Shown: positions 61,725 to 64,000 of the stretch, in pieces
Layout of the letters: every line of letters starts with the position of its first letter
How positions within the stretch are numbered: position 1 is the stretch's first letter
DNA from: Gammaproteobacteria bacterium
GTDB lineage: Bacteria; Pseudomonadota; Gammaproteobacteria; GCA-002705445; GCA-002716945
DNA: 64,000 nt
Reading direction: 5' to 3'
Assembly: GCA_002716945.1 (NCBI GenBank)
Contig: PBCF01000002.1
Coordinates: 482,374 to 546,373, forward strand
The notes under the pieces: model-generated
What the model saw: the letters and a program-made list of their open reading frames with translations, nothing else
Told to the model about the DNA's origin: nothing
The model's database searches: none
Position numbers and translations under genes: made by a program

Positions 61725-62397
61725 ATTTTTAGCAAGTATAAAAAATGAATATGAAGCACTAGAAGTGAGAAAAGCTAATATAGATATAATAGATTTAAAA
61801 GCTATTAATGATGGTGCATTAGGTTTTGTAGGTAAAAATATTATGACTAATGTAAGACAGTTGTTATCTAGCCATACTATAAGTGTAACTATTGGCAATG
61901 ATAAAAATCCAAATAATTGTACCACTATCAATAATATCAAATATGCTATAAGTTCAAGAATCGACTACATTAAAATAGGGTTATTTGAAAATAAATATGT
62001 TCATGAGCATCATAAATTACTTCAAAAAATTGATTTCCAGAATACTAATCCAATCTGTGTGATGTTCGCAGATAAAGAATTTAATTTAGAAGTTGCAAAA
62101 AAAATTTCATCTATTGGTTATAAAGGTATAATGATAGACACATGTAATAAAAACGGTATTTCTACAACACAATTATTGCCAAACCACTTAATAGAAGAAT
62201 TCGTTAGACAAATGAAAAAAAGAAATATTTTTTGTGGTTTATCTGGTTCATTAAATTTCAGTGATATAAAAAAACTTAAATCTTTAAATCCTGACTTTCT
62301 TGGTTTTCGAGGTTTGGTGTGTATTAACGGTAATGACAGAGATGAAATAAGTTTAGATTTACTTAACCAAGTTTCTTTGGAAATTGCAAAACATTAG
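61717..62397 (+). CDS. mfnB: (5-formylfuran-3-yl)methyl phosphate synthase-like (MfnB/DUF556, Orf22)
   Basis: LAS...EAL, IIDLK..GALG, YIKIG, MIDT..K, GLSGSL, PDFLGFRG. Confidence 0.82.
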   Translation: MTKFLASIKNEYEALEVRKANIDIIDLKAINDGALGFVGKNIMTNVRQLLSSHTISVTIGNDKNPNNCTTINNIKYAISSRIDYIKIGLFENKYVHEHHKLLQKIDFQNTNPICVMFADKEFNLEVAKKISSIGYKGIMIDTCNKNGISTTQLLPNHLIEEFVRQMKKRNIFCGLSGSLNFSDIKKLKSLNPDFLGFRGLVCINGNDRDEISLDLLNQVSLEIAKH

Positions 62398-63748
62398 AAT
62401 CAAAGATATCCAATATAGGTCTTACTTTATCTAATGTTTCTTGGTATTCAGATTCAGCATCAGAATCAAAAACGATTCCCCCTCCACCCCAAAAATAAAC
62501 TGTTGTGTCAGTTGCGATCATTGTTCTTATTGCAATATTTAAATCTGCTTTTTGATTAAAACTTAGATATCCTATTGAACCACAATATATACCTCTTCGA
62601 TCAGGCTCTAATTCATTAATTATTTGCATAGCACGTATTTTTGGAGCTCCTGTAATTGAACCTCCAGGAAAACAACCATTGATTAAATTAAACATATTAC
62701 TTTTATTTGAAATTCTTCCTTCAATGGTACTAACTAAATGATGGACATTAGCAAAAGTCTCTATATCAAATAGATTTTTAACATCTATACTTCCATATTC
62801 GCAATTCTTCCCTAAATCATTTCTTAATAAATCAACAATCATTAAATTTTCAGCTCTATCTTTTTCTGATAATAATAATTCTTTTTTGATAAGTGAATCT
62901 TGATCTATATTATTTATCATTGCTCTTGTTCCTTTAATTGGTTTAGTTTGTACTAAATCTCTATCAACATGTAAAAACCTTTCTGGAGAATAACTTAAAA
63001 TTTTTACAAACGGAAAACTCATATAAGCTGAATATGGTGAATGATATGTAGGTAAAAGTTTATTAAAAATATTCCAAGCATCACCTTTATAATCAAATGA
63101 AAATCTTTGCGAAAAGTTAATCTGATAGCAATCTCCTTTTTCAATATAGGATTTAATTAAATTAAATTTTTCTATATATTCATCGTATGTTAGATTTGAT
63201 TGACAACTATTTATGATTTCAATATTAACGTTTTTTATTTTTTCAAATGATTTGGAAGAAAGTTTTTTTTGTAAAAACTTAATTAAATCAGTCTTATTTT
63301 TATAGATAAGTCTAATTTTTTTTTCATGATGATCGATAATTACAGCCCATTCATATATTCCAAAAGCCATGATAGGAATATCTAAATCATTATTTGTTTT
63401 CTGCTTTATAGATTCATTTTTATTTCCTAAATCATATGAAAAGTATCCTATAGCTCCACCAGAAAACGGCAATTCACTATCATCATCACTAAGATCATCT
63501 TTCATAACGTCCTTTAGAATAGATATTGGATCATCTCTAAAAACTTGTTTTGACTTTAAATCTTCAACAATTGTAGCGTTTTGATAAGTAATAACTTTTT
63601 TGGTTGGATTAGCAGAAATAATATCATATCTTTGTTCTGAAAATATATTATTGTTACTAAATAAAAATACTGGCCACTCTTCGTTTTTAATTAAATCAAA
63701 AATTTCGTTTGTATTTTTATAATAATTAAATTCTTCTTTAAAAATCAT
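62363..63748 (-). CDS. pabB: Aminodeoxychorismate synthase component I
   Basis: PFSGGAIGYFSYDLG, GDCYQIN, SPERF, PIKGTR, KDRAENLMIVDLLRND, FPGGSITGAPK, GGGIV. Confidence 0.93.
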   Translation of the reverse strand: MIFKEEFNYYKNTNEIFDLIKNEEWPVFLFSNNNIFSEQRYDIISANPTKKVITYQNATIVEDLKSKQVFRDDPISILKDVMKDDLSDDDSELPFSGGAIGYFSYDLGNKNESIKQKTNNDLDIPIMAFGIYEWAVIIDHHEKKIRLIYKNKTDLIKFLQKKLSSKSFEKIKNVNIEIINSCQSNLTYDEYIEKFNLIKSYIEKGDCYQINFSQRFSFDYKGDAWNIFNKLLPTYHSPYSAYMSFPFVKILSYSPERFLHVDRDLVQTKPIKGTRAMINNIDQDSLIKKELLLSEKDRAENLMIVDLLRNDLGKNCEYGSIDVKNLFDIETFANVHHLVSTIEGRISNKSNMFNLINGCFPGGSITGAPKIRAMQIINELEPDRRGIYCGSIGYLSFNQKADLNIAIRTMIATDTTVYFWGGGGIVFDSDAESEYQETLDKVRPILDIFDSNVLQFPKKLG

Positions 63749-64000
63749 CGTAATTTTTTTTTACCAAATATATTAATGAATAAGCAGGTGCAATATCTGA
63801 TGGCTTATATGTACCAATAATCTTATGCTCACAAAAATCATCAAAATCTAAATATCTCCAATTATTTCTCTTGCAAATTATTTTAACTAAAAACTTCCCT
63901 ACACCCGCGCCTATTATCTTATAATCTGAAATATTTTTATATTTTTTTAAATGATATTTAATGTTACTACTAATATGATTGATGTGTATAGTAATTATTT
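63738..64000 (-). CDS. C-terminal fragment of a hydantoinase/oxoprolinase-family H4MPT-cluster protein (Orf9/MfnF-like); 5' end outside window
   Basis: Hand translation ...KIIGAGVGKFLVKIICKRNNWRYLDFDDFCEHKIIGTYKPSDIAPAYSLIYLVKKNYDDF*, open to the window edge; overlaps the pabB start by 11 nt. Confidence 0.6.
   Translation of the reverse strand, partial: IITIHINHISSNIKYHLKKYKNISDYKIIGAGVGKFLVKIICKRNNWRYLDFDDFCEHKIIGTYKPSDIAPAYSLIYLVKKNYDDF

Overview
A 64-kb chromosomal window from a very AT-rich, densely packed (streamlined) Gammaproteobacterium. The class is inferred from gene order and protein style; no finer taxonomy is claimed. Most of it is core housekeeping: surE-pcm-yqaA, trpS-scpAB, ilvIHC-pssA-leuA, aspS-nadA-yebC-ruvC-queEC, an RND pump, pgeF-rluD-bamD-nadE, coaE-zapD, secA-argJ, lpxC, a dcw cell-wall/division cluster, rnpB and dusA. 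Two metabolic modules stand out. (1) A thiosulfate-oxidation locus: soxXYZA plus an unknown lipoprotein, facing a yeeE/soxT - tRNA-Lys - secreted alpha/beta-hydrolase unit, with no soxB or soxCD in the window. (2) A tetrahydromethanopterin/methylofuran cofactor biosynthesis cluster (mobA-dmrB-Orf20-like-DUF447-mfnB facing pabB and a truncated Orf9/MfnF-like gene) that runs off the right edge. The most unusual structure is a re-engineered dcw operon. ftsZ has moved from behind ftsA to between ftsL and ftsI. ftsI can keep its membrane anchor only if it starts at a CTG inside the ftsZ C-terminal codons. A stand-alone 66-aa J-domain gene is coupled between mraZ and rsmH, and murC is missing. Small ORFs missed by the supplied track include a 57-aa PP0621-like Zn-motif membrane protein, a 26-aa single-helix peptide and a Leu-rich leuA leader candidate. 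No transposase, integrase, phage gene or CRISPR array was seen. All calls come from motif recognition without database searches.
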